64,000 nucleotides of DNA from assembly GCF_018350175.1 (NCBI RefSeq), contig NC_058368.1, positions 201,812,001-201,876,000 on the forward strand, given 5' to 3'. Made by a program: the position numbers and the translations under genes. This DNA is from Felis catus. Lineage: Eukaryota. Positions 38,136-51,080 of this stretch are shown piece by piece. The notes below the pieces were generated by a model. That model saw only the letters and a list, made by a program, of their open reading frames with translations. It did no database searches and was not told the DNA's origin. The stretch's first letter is position 1, and every line of letters starts with the position of its first letter.

Positions 38136-38546
38136 TTTTTTAAATTCCAGTATAATTAGCATAGGGTTATGTTAGTTTCAGGTGTACATGACATTGATTC
38201 AGTACATTACTCAGTGCTCATCATGTACACTTTTTTTAAAAATGTTTATTCATTTTCGAAAGACAGAGAGAGACAGAGCACAAGCAGGGGTAGGGCAGAG
38301 AGAGAGGGAGACACAGAATCTGAAGCAGGCTCCAGGCTCTGAGCTGTCAGCACAGAGCCCGATGCGGGGCTCAAACTCATGAACCACGAGATCATAACCT
38401 GAGCGGAAGTCGGATGCTCAACCGACTGAGCCACCCAGGCGCCCCATTCATCATGTGCACTCTTCATCCTCTTCACACTCTTCTGTTTCACCCATCCCCC
38501 CACCCACCTCCCTTCTGCAACCTCCAGTTTGTTCTCTGTATTTAAT
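38136..38546 (-). mobile_element. L1 3' UTR fragment (carnivore/L1MA-type) split by a SINE
   Basis: ttatgttagtttcaggtgtaca..cacccacctcccttctgcaacctccagtttgttctctgtattt. Confidence 0.8.
38232..38445 (-). mobile_element. Can-SINE (SINEC_Fc)
   Basis: Reverse complement; TSD tcatcatgt(a/g)cact. Confidence 0.96.
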
Positions 38547-38841
38547 ACCAAAAGCTTTTTAAAAGCTCATTCTTTTAAACTCATTTTCTCTTCACTAACT
38601 GCTATTAAATGAGGACTTTCTTATATTACATTTATTACACAAAAGTTTCCTATAAGACTGTCATTTTTATGTCATATGGCTTCCTAGTCTCTCAAAATAT
38701 TATCGTTACATTTATGGTATAATTGAGGTGATAAGATAAAGGAGGAAAATACTCCCTACAATGTTTTAGTAAATGATAACACAAGATTTTAAAGAATTAA
38801 AGCTCAAAACTGAAAATGTTAACTCAAAATGTGTACGAGAC

Positions 38842-38873
38842 GTGTGTGTGTGCATGTGTGTGTGTGTGTGTGT
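38842..38873. repeat. (TG)n microsatellite
   Basis: TG run with one interruption. Confidence 0.95.
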
Positions 38874-39414
38874 AACTGGAACATGTAAGTGCCCGATAAA
38901 TGCTAACCATTTTTAGTGTCACTGTTCACTTTCTTGATTTTTTTCTCAACTATAGTCAACTTTAAAAATACAAGGCATCACTCAGGGCCATGCAGCTTCT
39001 CCTTTCTTTGAGATACTACTATACATATAAGTCAATATCATACAATACCTTACTTATATCAAATTTCTTCATTAAACTAAGTTTTATCAACTCCGCTTCA
39101 TTAGTTTTGTCGAAAACAGGGATCTTGTTAACTATTATATCACATTTTCTATAAGAGTACTTAGAAACTTCATTGACTATCTTTTGCCAGACTGCATAAT
39201 CAAATCTAGCCATTCATTGTGCTTGCTGTTACATTCCCAGCTGCCAGCAAAGTGCCTGCCACGGAGATGCTAATAAAAACTTACAGAATCAATAAATTAG
39301 AGATGCAGTCCATTATTCTTTTCTAGTAAGTGCCCCCAAATGACAGTATTTTTCCTTAAAAAATAAAAACAAACTTCAATCCCTACATTAAGAATATTTT
39401 GAAAGTTCAAAGTC

Positions 39415-39611
39415 TTTTTTTTTTAATGTTTGTTTATTTTTGAGAGAGAGAGAGAGAGAAACGGAGAGAGAGGGAGACACAGAATCCGAAGCAGGCTCCA
39501 GACTCCCAGCCGTTAGCACAGAGCCCGACTCGGGGCTCGAACTCACGAACAGCAAGATCATGACCTGAGCCGAAGTCAGACGCTCAACTGACTAAGTCGC
39601 CCAGGTGCCCC
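39415..39611 (-). mobile_element. Can-SINE (SINEC_Fc)
   Basis: Reverse complement; TSD tgaaagttcaaag(t/c)ctt. Confidence 0.96.
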
Positions 39612-41437
39612 TGAAAGTTCAAAGCCTTAAGGCAAAAAAATTTTTTAAAAAATAAAAAATAAATTTTAAACAAAGTCTCAAGTCAAATATAAACTAGTAA
39701 AATGTAAAAACAGAAATGGCCTCCCCTATTTGACATAAAATCTTCAAAAGAAAATTTCATGAGGTCTCCAGATGAGTATCTTTTCAAGGCAACAGTAATG
39801 CCTCCACTGAAAAGGCCTATGATTCAAACGCTAATGTCCAGCATAAAGATAAAGCCCCTCAAAGGCTTGCAACATATAAGCTGCTAGATCAATGGGCTGA
39901 TCATTGGGTAGTCATTCCTGAATATCCACCAACATCTCACTGGTGAAGAGCACCATGTGAGGTGCTATTGCAACTACCATAAAATGAACCAGGTAAGACA
40001 CGCTCTGTTCTTAAGACAGGGAAACTCTATGATCCCATAAGATTGTCAACCTCTCCTCTTTACCCTTCAATCCAATTAAGATCAACACAGTAACAATAAT
40101 TGAGTAAGCACACTCATTTCCCATATTTACAAGTTCACACCAACATAGTCAGATATTCCTCCTCTTCCCCTAGTTAAGAAAGTTATTACTGCCATCCTGT
40201 CATAGTCTAGATATGAGCCTAAGGAAGTGAAAGATTAAGTAACAGGCTAAAGTCTGAAGGGTAGAAAAACAGGAAGACAGATTTTGAAATTTCGAAGCCA
40301 GACATGAGTAATTCCAAGATCCTACTGTTTGACCATGCCTTTGTTTCACTTTCCCAATCCTAAGGGAGTGTACAAATGTCAATGTCGCCCTACCGTCACA
40401 CCCGAGGGCATCTTCCCCTTGAGGCTTTCTTCAGAGAGGACACTTCCAGGAGAATGTCCCCAAGGTGAGACACATCAAAGGAACAGAGAACAAAGAGCAA
40501 GCTCACTGAGATCAAGGTATTTGACAGTTTTGTTCTCAGCAGTGAGAACTGAGCCTGAGATGCTCTTAGCATTATTTGGTGCCTCAATTACTTCTACAGG
40601 ACTACAGTCTCAACAACAAGAACACTTCCTACTACTTTTGTTGAGTAAAGCGGAGAGAAAGTGGGTGGGGGGAAAGAGCAATGCTGTAACAATGATGTTG
40701 GGGGTTTTATACTTTTTTTTTTTTTCTTTTTCTTTCTACAGAGGTTAGAAATGTCAGAAAGAAGGGTGTCATTTACTAGCTTCTTCGTTTGGAGTGAACC
40801 AGGGTTTTCTGACATAGAATGAATTTAAAATACTTTTTAGAAATAAAAATGTGTTAAAGAATGAAATAACAAAATGAGAAGTCTTGAAATTTATCACTTC
40901 AAAATGCTTTCATTTCAACAGACAGCTGTGAACTATAAATGTGGTTCTGTTCTACGGGCTGCCAATAAAGTAGGACTTTATTGAGTTAAATGATTATTTT
41001 ACTTTCATGTTTTATCAGTGTTCACAAATCAAGTTATTTATTGTCCTAGAAGACTAGGTCTGATTACGGCAGTTAAATGATTATGTACACTACCTACTTT
41101 TTTAAAACTTTAATGTCCTTTCTTAGAGATATTAAATAAGATTTAATTAAAAATCAACAGAAGATGATTTTATTTCTGATAGGACAACATTTAAGAACAG
41201 TTACATAAATTGTACAACTAAAGATGAACAGATCCTCATTAGATTTCAAATCATATATGCTGCAAATTCATCTCCAAAAGCAGGAAAACTGAATGGTGTT
41301 TTATTCAAAACATTAGTTGGCAAAACAAAAAACAAACTAAAACAATCACAGCTCCATAATTACACCCATTATTCTCATGAGTTAGAGCTATAAAAACAAG
41401 GTCAAATTACTGAATTAAAAAAAAAAATAACATTAGT

Positions 41438-41660
41438 GGGCGCCTGGGTGGCTCAGTCGGTTGAACATTCATCCAACTCTTGGTTTTGGCTCAGGCTATG
41501 ATCTCACGGTTTGTGAGTTCGAGCCCCACATTGGTCTCTGTGCTGACAGCACGGAGCCTGCTTGGGATTCTCTCTCTCCCTCTCTCGTGGCCCCTCCCTT
41601 GCTCTGTCTCTCAAAATAAATAAATAAAGTTAAAAAATAAATAAAAGAATAAAAATAAAA
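41438..41660 (+). mobile_element. Can-SINE
   Basis: Canonical head, body and A-rich tail. Confidence 0.95.
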
Positions 41661-43694
41661 TTAGGACATAAAAAGGTACCAACTTTCTAAACAAGAAGAG
41701 AAGAAGTTCTAAATGCTGTGTAGAACTGTGTTACTGAACAAAAACAAAAACAGAAACAAAAATTCTCAATATGTACCCTATCTGTAGTCTCTTGAGCAAC
41801 ACAAGATCTTCCCACATGTGGTTATCTATCTCTATCCGCATATTGCAGAAGAGTAAACAGTTTATTCTGCAGTCACTAATCAACATGTGCTTTAGATGGT
41901 CTTTCCAAGCAAACTTCTATCACTTTAGTGACCTTACAAATTTTCCAGAGTTCAAAAAACCCAACTGTATTAGCCAGTCACTTCAAATCTGATTATTCAA
42001 GCTGTAAGTGGAATCACATAATCAGAATGTCATATATGATATATGCCACTCATGGAAACTATGCCAAAGAAAAGCAAATAAGTACTTATAAAAAGGACTG
42101 AGATAAAAAGTGTAGTCTTTTGGTTAGAAAAACTAAAGGCTTTATCCCCAAATAAGCAAATCACTACCCTTAGGAGTGTATTTGAATGGCTTCCCCCAGT
42201 CCACACCTCTCACATCCAATCAACATACCCCACCCAACACCTACTATCAACATCAATCCCACTATTCTGCCACTGAGATTCACTTCAGTTCATCCGCTTA
42301 TCCTCATCCTTGGAGCCACTACTATTAACTGCATCCACTATTAAAGATAATTATATAAAACACTTTCTATCTTACCTTTCTACGGAGGGAAAAAATAGAT
42401 GAGAAAAGGGATAACAACAGAGGCTGGAGTCAACTGAACTCCAAAAGTTACAATCTGTGACTTGCATCCATGTCAGTCAGTAAAAATAAATCACATTTAA
42501 AATGAGAATGAGGGTATTCAAACAATGTCAGACTTGGATATGAATTAAACTGTAAAAACTTCTCCATTGCATATTCTGGGGAATTTCCATTGTCTCATAG
42601 GTACAGAAATTCAGAAACTCCAATGCCATTAAAAAAAAATGTTTAAATGATACTTAGATGGGTTTGGAGTACTATTCGGAGGATTGTCTAGTAACGACTT
42701 CAAGCATGAGAGTGAGAACTGCTAGAGGGTAATGATTATCCTGAGAGAAGGCTTTTGCCAGATTAAAAAAGGACATGGAAGTTTATGAAACAGTAGTGAA
42801 TTAGCATTACTACATGAATTTAATATTGTATCCACAGGGGGAAAATACAATTTTGAGAAATGATGTCCTGACACAAATACTCAGTTACTAAGTATGAGCA
42901 ACGCTCAAGAGATTACAAACACTGCTAAAATGGGAGAAAAACAAACATATATTCCAATTCTTGCTAATTTAAATACTTGCCTTAAAGCATTGTTTAGTAA
43001 ATTTAGGTCATGTTATGTTTTATTTCCTTCCAGTTGATCAAATTAAGTCTCTTAATTTCACCGCGTTACAGAAAAGCAAAAAAAAAAAAAACAAACAAAA
43101 AAACTTTATGTTTGGAAACCACAGGCCTCCCAAGGAAACAAGTTTTTTATGTGCAAACTTATCTACCAACTCTGAATGAAGTAATGTACAGAATAATCAA
43201 TAGTTTGATAGAACTTGGTTTTCACTGTAAAGAAGCTTTACCGTCTTAAAGAATTCTAAAGAGGGGAACTATATAAAGATTTTTTTTTCAGCATGGTGGC
43301 AAAAGATAAAAAAATATCAGCTTTTTTCACTCCTAAGCCAGTGTAATTCTTTTTTTCTGGAAGCTGATTCCAGCACATCTGGCCCTTGGTAGAGCAGAAA
43401 GAGGACATACGCTGATGATTTAAGACTTAGTTCATTTTTTTGACCTTAAACCAGTAACCACATCTGAAAGCCTCATTTTTCTCACCAGAGTGCCTACAGC
43501 TAGACTTTCAGAAATGTCTGGTTTCAGAAATTTAGTCTGGTTTAATTCACTAAATTTCAATGAAGATAGGTTCCATAAGCTACTGATGTCTCTTTACGGT
43601 ACTTTCACTCACTTTAACTCAGTGGCGTTACCCTATCAAGAATGTTACCAGCCAGAGAAAGACAAGGGGCATCAAAAGTGCCCTAAGCAACTTG

Positions 43695-43855
43695 CCACTA
43701 CTCAGAATATGGTCCCTACACAGTCCAGCAGCATCTGTTCACCTAGAAGATTGTTTAATATCACATCTTAGCCCACCTCAGACCTACTGAATCTGAACCT
43801 ACATTCAACAGATGTTCAAGTGGTTCCTACAACACTCCAGTTTAAGATTTAGTGC
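43695..43855. mobile_element. MER5-type hAT-Charlie element
   Basis: tggtccc..ccagcagcatc..cccacctcagacctactgaatctgaa..cagtttaag. Confidence 0.7.
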
Positions 43856-44974
43856 AAAGCACAGTTGGTTTTTTGTCGTATTGACAGTGGAAATGGAAGT
43901 ATAAGTAATTTGGCTGACCTACAAGGGTCTCCCTAGGACCGAATTTAGGAGGAATCCTGAGCAGGTGCTGATGTCTTAATGAAGAGGGTAAACATATGCT
44001 TTCTCCGATCCAAACACCTTTTTAACCTTGTGCTCAAGTCCACTAGGAAACTGGGAGGCAGCTATGGAAATGATTATATGGAAAATGTATAAATAGACAC
44101 TCTGAAATTGGTAAAGTCTTAATAAACCATTGGTACAGTGATATTTTCTTAAGATTCCAATCCTGCCAAGATCCATGTTCTTTAGGTAATGGGCTTGGCC
44201 AGGGAAGGATCCAAAGGGTCAACAACCGATCCTTCCCATGTTTCGGCACTGTAGGCCCTTCTCAATCTTTCGTTCATTTGGTCAGCCATTTAACACATAC
44301 TTACGCAACGCTACTCATGTCCTGCCATGTTACGGGCAAGAGTACAGTCAGCAAAGAATAAAACTGACATGACTCTATGAAACCGACATGATCATGGTTC
44401 TAGAGTAGGTTAATCACCCGCTTCCAGAAACACACACAGGATCCAATGACACCACAGTGTCCTCACTTCTTGAACACAGGGATGTGGAAAAACCTTTCCA
44501 CTATAGTTCCAAGGAGGCGAAGTTGGAAGACTTTTTTCAAAGAAACTTTTTTTTTTTTCTGTGAAAACTAAGTAAAATCTTTTTCTAAGTCTTCCTAGCA
44601 GGAGGAAATGTCATGAGTAGATTCACTTGGTATGGTTTTAATTTACTAGATAGAAGCTGACGATCACCTGAACTAGCACATATTACATATCACCTAGTCT
44701 TCTTTGTCCTTCCCTAAGTCCTTTCAAAGAACCCCTGACCCCATGGCTTCTTTTTTTTTTTTTTTTTTTGCTTCCTTTTTATCTCCTCTAATGGCTTTTC
44801 CTTCCATTCAGAGAGGAAGAGGGTAAAGCAAAAATCTCATCAGGGTAAGAGGCTGATGGAATGGTCTTTGAGAAATGGTCTCTGGCCTCTTTCCTGTCCT
44901 CCATTGTGCTGTAGGGGGGAGAATCTCATTTCTAGTGAGATTCTCCTGCATGTAAAACTCTCAGGTATAATTTT

Positions 44975-45194
44975 TAAAGTTTATTTATTTTTGAGAGAGT
45001 GAAAGCACGTGGGCGTGAGGGTGCACACATGTGAGCAGGGGAGGGGCAGAAAGAGAGGGAGACAGAATCCCAAGTAGGCTCTGGAATGTCAGCACAGAGC
45101 CCAATGTGGGGCCTGAATGCACGAACCAAGAGATCATGACCTGAAATGAAATCGAGAATCAGACGCTTAACCGACTGAGCCACCCAAGTGCCCC
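44975..45194 (-). mobile_element. Can-SINE
   Basis: Reverse complement; perfect 21-bp flanking repeat aaaactctcaggtataatttt. Confidence 0.96.
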
Positions 45195-45272
45195 AAAACT
45201 CTCAGGTATAATTTTGGCTTCATCTAAGGCAAAGGGTCATTTTATCACAGCGATAAGAAGCAAAAAGATGCT

Positions 45273-45501
45273 GGGGTGCCTGGGTGGCTCAGTCAGTTGG
45301 GTATCCGACTTCAGCTCAGATCATGATCTCACGTTCGTGAGTTTGAGCCCCGCGTTGGGCTCTGTGCGGACAGCTCAGAGCCTGGAGCCTGCTTCAGATT
45401 CTGTGTCTCCCTCTCTGCCCCTACCCCGCTCATGCTCGCTCTCTCTCTCTCTCTCTCTCTTTCTCAAAAATAAATGAACACTAAAAAAAAAATTTTTTTT
45501 T
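45273..45501 (+). mobile_element. Can-SINE (SINEC_Fc)
   Basis: Canonical; TSD aaaagatgct. Confidence 0.96.
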
Positions 45502-45859
45502 AAGTGAAAAGATGCTAAGGAATAAAAAGGAGATATGAACAACCTTCTAGAAGGTAATTCATTTCAGAGTATTTCATTTATAATGCTCATAGACATTCTA
45601 GGATTCCCAGAAAGCCCTCTATATAGGAGAGGCTTTTAGATTAGTATAGACACCTGAAGTGCAGGAGTCATGTTGAATTCATCTGTGTTTCCCTGGTGCT
45701 TATGTCTGCTGGAGTGGCGGATGAGTAAATCAATTGGCCATTTACACATTTATACATTTTGTTCTCAGAGGTTTTCTTATCTAAATCTCTAATTTAATCA
45801 TGAAGCACTAACTCCTTCAATTATTGAGAAATAAGTAACTGACATAAATAACTAAGAAA

Positions 45860-46180
45860 GAGCCACTGGGCACCTACTGTGTACCAGGCATTATGCTGCT
45901 CTGGGAAAGCTGAGGCAAACATGACCCCAAAACCCCTTGTAGATTCACGGTCCAGACAAAGAAATTAAATTTTGATCAAATAATCATGCACAAATATGTG
46001 AAACTGCAGTTTCAATGCACTGAGAAATCTCTAGTAGAATTAACCTGATTATGAGAAAGAGAGGGAGAGAGAGGGAAACAGAGGGGTTTTTCTGTGTGAT
46101 ACTTAAAGCAGTGACCAGAAGCATACAAAGGAGATTTAAAAAAAAAGAAAAGCAGTGCCAGTGATCCCACACAGTGATTA
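45860..46180 (-). mobile_element. L2 3' fragment
   Basis: ctgggcacctactgtgtaccaggcattatgct.. is a reverse-complement L2 end. Confidence 0.6.
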
Positions 46181-48478
46181 TTTTCCTTATTAGTAAAATT
46201 AGTTATAGTTAATAAGCCGTACACTAAACTACATTATGGGTAACAAACGAGAATATTTACTTAAAAGATACAGCTCTGAGTATCCACCAACATCTATAAC
46301 CACCAACATGTTCACGAAGAAAATTTCGGTTTTTAACTTTTTCTAGAATAAGTCTTTTTAATTTACTAACACCTTGACTTAAAGTACTGATTTTCTTCTT
46401 TCAGATACTGTTGGCCAGAATTTCAAACAAAAAAGAGGATTTCCAGATAAGATTCTGCCATCTTGTTTAACAGCTTTCCAAAAACCCTTCAGTTTTTGAC
46501 TCAGAAGGAGATGACCCATTCTTTTTAATGTCCTATCTGAGTGACAGTTGTAGTGGCAAACTGGGCATCACTATTATAAGTGAGAGTAAGAACTCCCAAG
46601 ACCAGAGCAGTAAATCCAAGAGCACAGAGATAAGAACGTCGACTCCTCCGGGGCAGATAGCCAACTAAGTTTGCAAAAGTATATGGAACTGCAACAGATA
46701 CAGAGTCAATTATGAAAGGGGCACGCAGATGAAGTATAAATGTAGAAACGCTGAAGCCTGAGAAGTGATCAAAGAAACAAACAAACAAATAAGGAGTAAC
46801 ATTGTAAAATCAAGAGGAAAAACATTTTACAGAAAGAAGACACAAAGGAGACAGATAAGTGAGGGCAGAGGACAAATAACAAAGGGTTAATGAGTAAATG
46901 AGAAATAAGCATATAACATTATTCCAGGGGGAAAGAGAAAGGGAAATAGCTAATGGGTAGAAAGAATTGCTACTTTGTTTTTAGATAATATAATCAGAGC
47001 TGCCTTCCGGTTTTCATCCTTTCAAATTGAAGCTTATGGGCTAATCATTCAAGAAATTTAAGGATGGTGTTCCACATACATTAAAATATAGTACCTTGGA
47101 TGCCCAAACTGAATTTAAAATTTGGGACAATTTTTCAGTTACACAAGTTTAAACTAACCTTAAAACTTTTAAGCTTTCAGACCATAAAGTTTAAAAGAAT
47201 TCCAATTTAATTTTTGTATTATTATTTCTGTCAGGCAACTCAAATGATGACTATAAAGTAATAAAAGCTTAACCCACAGAAGGAGCTATGGTATAGTTTG
47301 ATTCTACTCATTCCTTTGCTACATTATCTGTGTGAAATTAATTCAAAGTAACTTTTTCTTTATCCTCATTTAAAAGAAAATCTTCCATCTCCTCTGTGTA
47401 AGCATCAAATTATGTCTTCTAAGTACTGATGTACAGACTTAATTTATAAGATCTACATAATTCGTAACAATAAACAGCATGCATTTCTTTCACCTGAATC
47501 ATGTCTTTGTTCAAAAATAAACAGTATATTCAGCTGAAATATATCAAAATAATGTCATGGTAGGGAATAATTTAGAATTCACCCAAGTGAAAATTTCTGA
47601 AATTTATATTTCTCATAGCAGCTCTAAATCACAAAAACATTGCTCAAGTACACTAAAGCCTGAATTTTGCATATTCAAAAGTAAATCAACTTTCAGTCCT
47701 TCTGAGAATAATGATCCCATATCTGCTGAGTAATTCTTAAATCAAAATAATTTATTATTAGGAAAAGAGTTTAGAAAATAATCCATTTCTGAACTCTACA
47801 ATGAAGCAAGGATACAAAAATTAAAAAGAACAAAATTGAACACTAACAAAGGAAAAAAGTGACCACATTTTTTAAAAGAGCCATAAAAGAAAAGCTTATT
47901 GAAATATTTTGCTTTTTTATTGACAATAGTAATCATTAATTAATTAGTGCATATTACTAGAACAGATTACAGAATCTATCCATTTGCTTTTATGAAGTGT
48001 GTCCAATAAATACCCAATTAGCTAAACTAGTCAGACTCCAATAGTCATTTACAACCTAGGTTAATACTTCAAGAGGTCTGAATGACTGAACATGAACCTG
48101 GACTCGGTTGTGACTTTTTTCATTTTCTAAGCATTGCAGGCACCGCACGGTCGCACATAAATCTCATGCCTGCCCGACACTGACAGTTCAGTATTGTCAA
48201 GATGTTACATTTCTACACTAGGGAGCTGATTATTCTAGAGAGTCTATATAACCAGGTCAACATGGTCCCAGTTTCTAGAAGGAGATAATCTCAAGCCATA
48301 CTGTCATACTCATAGTTAATAAGGTTCCTGAAGCCACCCTGAGGAAATGCCTCAAGGACACAAAATTTCTATAAGCAGAGCTAAAATTACTCCACCGGAT
48401 ATGCGGTTCTTAGACCCTTCAAGTGGACCTTGATCAAACCTAGCAGAATAAACTAAACATGAAAATATATTCACCATT

Positions 48479-48633
48479 GGGACGCCTGGAGGGCTCAGTC
48501 AGTTAAGCATCTGCTGACAGCACAGACCCTGCTTGGAATTTTCTCTCTCCCTCTCTCTCTCTGCCCTTCCCCTGCTCATGCTCTCTCTCTCTCTCAAAAT
48601 AAATAAATGAACATTAAAAAAAATCTTTTAAAG
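48479..48633 (+). mobile_element. Can-SINE, internally deleted
   Basis: Head joins directly to ctgacagcacaga; TSD gaaaatatatt(c/t)ac(c/t)at. Confidence 0.92.
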
Positions 48634-48689
48634 AAAATATATTTACTATCAAATAAATGCAAATTAAAATTATAATGAGATTCAACTGC

Positions 48690-48739
<50 letters not shown>

Positions 48740-49270
48740 CTGGCAAAACCAAAAAAGAATTCGAGCATGCTGCATGAGCTAAGTCATGAGAGTGCTGCCA
48801 GGCGTGTAAATTGGTGTCACATTCATGAGGGCAATTTCACAACATGCATCAAAAGACTCAGAATTTTCACTCTAGGAATATATTATGAGGGAAGCGACAA
48901 GCGCAAGAAAATAGAAGTCCAAGGATCCTTGTTCACAGCAGGCTACGGAAAGCAACAAAAATGTTGCCTCAAACAAAGTATGGTAAATAAATGGTTATAA
49001 ACAGTGATTTAGGTTATTACGAAAAAAGGCTACTTGCAAAATACCCCTTCAGAATTTAGGATACTCCTTCCTTATAATTAAAGATGAGAATGAGAGGAGC
49101 AAGTTGCACCCATGTGTGCCACATGGTATGGGTACAGAAAAAAAATGTTGAAAGGAGATATATCAAACTGCTAACACATTAACTTTGGGTGCAGAGATTA
49201 TAAGCAATTTTTCTTTCCTTTTCATACCTTTCTGCGTGGTCAAGTTTTTAGAGTAAGTACGGCATAACTC
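48634..49270 (+). mobile_element. Old L1 (L1ME-like) 3' fragment
   Basis: aaatgcaaattaaaattataatgaga, gtgtaaattggt, aattttcactctaggaatatat, atggtaaataaatgg. Confidence 0.6.
48690..48737. repeat. (TG)n microsatellite
   Basis: TG run. Confidence 0.97.
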
Positions 49271-49890
49271 TAAAATCATGGGCAATATAGATGTGAACAT
49301 AACAAAACAAACAAGCTTAGAATTCTATCATATCACTTCAGACTCTGAACATGTTCTTCTATAAATGTAGTTATGTTCTATCCCGAGAGCGGTTCTGACC
49401 TCCTGAGACCGTCAAAACAATCAGAACACCTGGACAGACTTAATTTCCTAATGGCTTCAGAAAAAGGCTCAGATTCAAAATGCTGGCTACATGTAATCCA
49501 TTCTATGCCTGGGGGATACTTTCAACTGTAGTGTTGAATTAATAAAAGATGAGAAAACACCGAGGCCATAATAGCTACTTCCTGTGCTTATTCACACTTT
49601 ATTTGAGACAGGCCACTGGTAGCATCTACGACCAGTTGTGATAAACAATTAAAGGCTACGAAAACAATTTTTAAATACCTCTTTCATTTATTATCAACCG
49701 ATAATTTGGCTGAAAATCTGCCAATGGCATTTTAGTTTGGTAATCATCTTGAGAACTCCTAGGTTTAATTTAAGTGAAAAACTCCTACGAGCGGTCTCCA
49801 ATACCCTTACAATAAAAATTTTAAGAGCTACTCTTTTCCTGGGCCAGTCATTTAGAGACACAGGCAAGAACAATATAAAGTGTTGCTTCA

Positions 49891-50042
49891 GGGGCACCTG
49901 GGTGGGTCAGTCAGTTAAATGTCGGACTTCAGCTCAGTCAGTGGGTTCGAGACACACGTCGAGTTCTAAGCTGACAGCTCAGAGCCTGGAGCCTGCTTCA
50001 GATTCTATGTCTCCCTTTCTCTCTGCCCCTCCCCCACTCTTG

Positions 50043-50100
<58 letters not shown>

Positions 50101-50133
50101 CTCCCAAAAATAAATAAACATTAAAAAAACTTC
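49891..50133 (+). mobile_element. Can-SINE with a (TG)n array (50046-50096) in its pyrimidine tract
   Basis: Canonical head; TSD aaa(g/c)tgttgcttca. Confidence 0.95.
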
Positions 50134-50808
50134 AAACTGTTGCTTCAAAGAATTTAAAGAAGGAAATACAGGCAGAAAAAAACCAGTAATTATATACCAT
50201 TGTTTTAAGTGCTAAAACAAACAAGCACAGGGTACCACATGAGTACAAAGTAAGTGCCTCTAGGACAGGGTAACGACTGATCAGGTGTGACTAGGTAAGC
50301 TGAATCTTGAAAGGTAATTAAGATTTAGTCAAATAATTAGAGGGTAAAGAGTATTAATTTTTACCATCCTATGGAAGTAAGAAAAAGCAACCAAGAGAAT
50401 TTCCCATCAATAGGCCTGTCTAATTATGTCCCAACAGCATTCATTCCTTCAATGAAAAGTTTTGATTATCTACTTTAACTCGGGCACTGTGCTTGGTGAA
50501 AAAGAAACTATTCCTGCCCTTAAGGAATGTAAAGATAGAGTCATAAACAGAGAATTTTAATTATGTGATCACTATCCCCTTGTGGCAGAGTATCATCTAG
50601 GAGAGACATATAATCTAATTCTGAGTGCCTCAGGGAAAACTTCTTGGAGGAAATGACACCTAAATTGAAATCAAAGCAAACAGGACCATAAAATAAAAGA
50701 TGCAAAATAAAAAGAACTATCAAAAATAAGTAAAGTGGTAGGGACTAGGGAGTTATGGCCAGGTGAGATGCCTGCTCACAAAGGGGCTTTTAAATACCAT
50801 GACAAGGA

Positions 50809-50947
50809 GGGGCACCTGGGTGGCTCAGTCAGTTAAACATCTGACTTCAGCTCAGGTTATGATCTAGCTGTTCCCGAGTTCAAGCCCTGTGTCGGGCTTT
50901 GTGCCGACAGCTCAGAGCCTGAAGCCTGTTTCAGATTCTGTGTCTCC

Positions 50948-51020
<73 letters not shown>

Positions 51021-51080
51021 CCTCCCCTGCTCACTCTCTCTCTCTCTCTCAAAAATAAACACTAAAAAACTAATAATAAA
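50809..51080 (+). mobile_element. Can-SINE with long (CT)n
   Basis: Canonical; (CT)n ~50952-51017; TSD taaataccatga. Confidence 0.96.

Noticed and set aside
39789..39991. Plus-strand exon-like segment ending cag|gtaaga
   Set aside because: Stops in all three frames, a modest acceptor, and opposite to the inferred transcription direction.
40329..40748. 139-aa ORF
   Set aside because: TTG start, runs through a poly-T tract, no recognisable homology.
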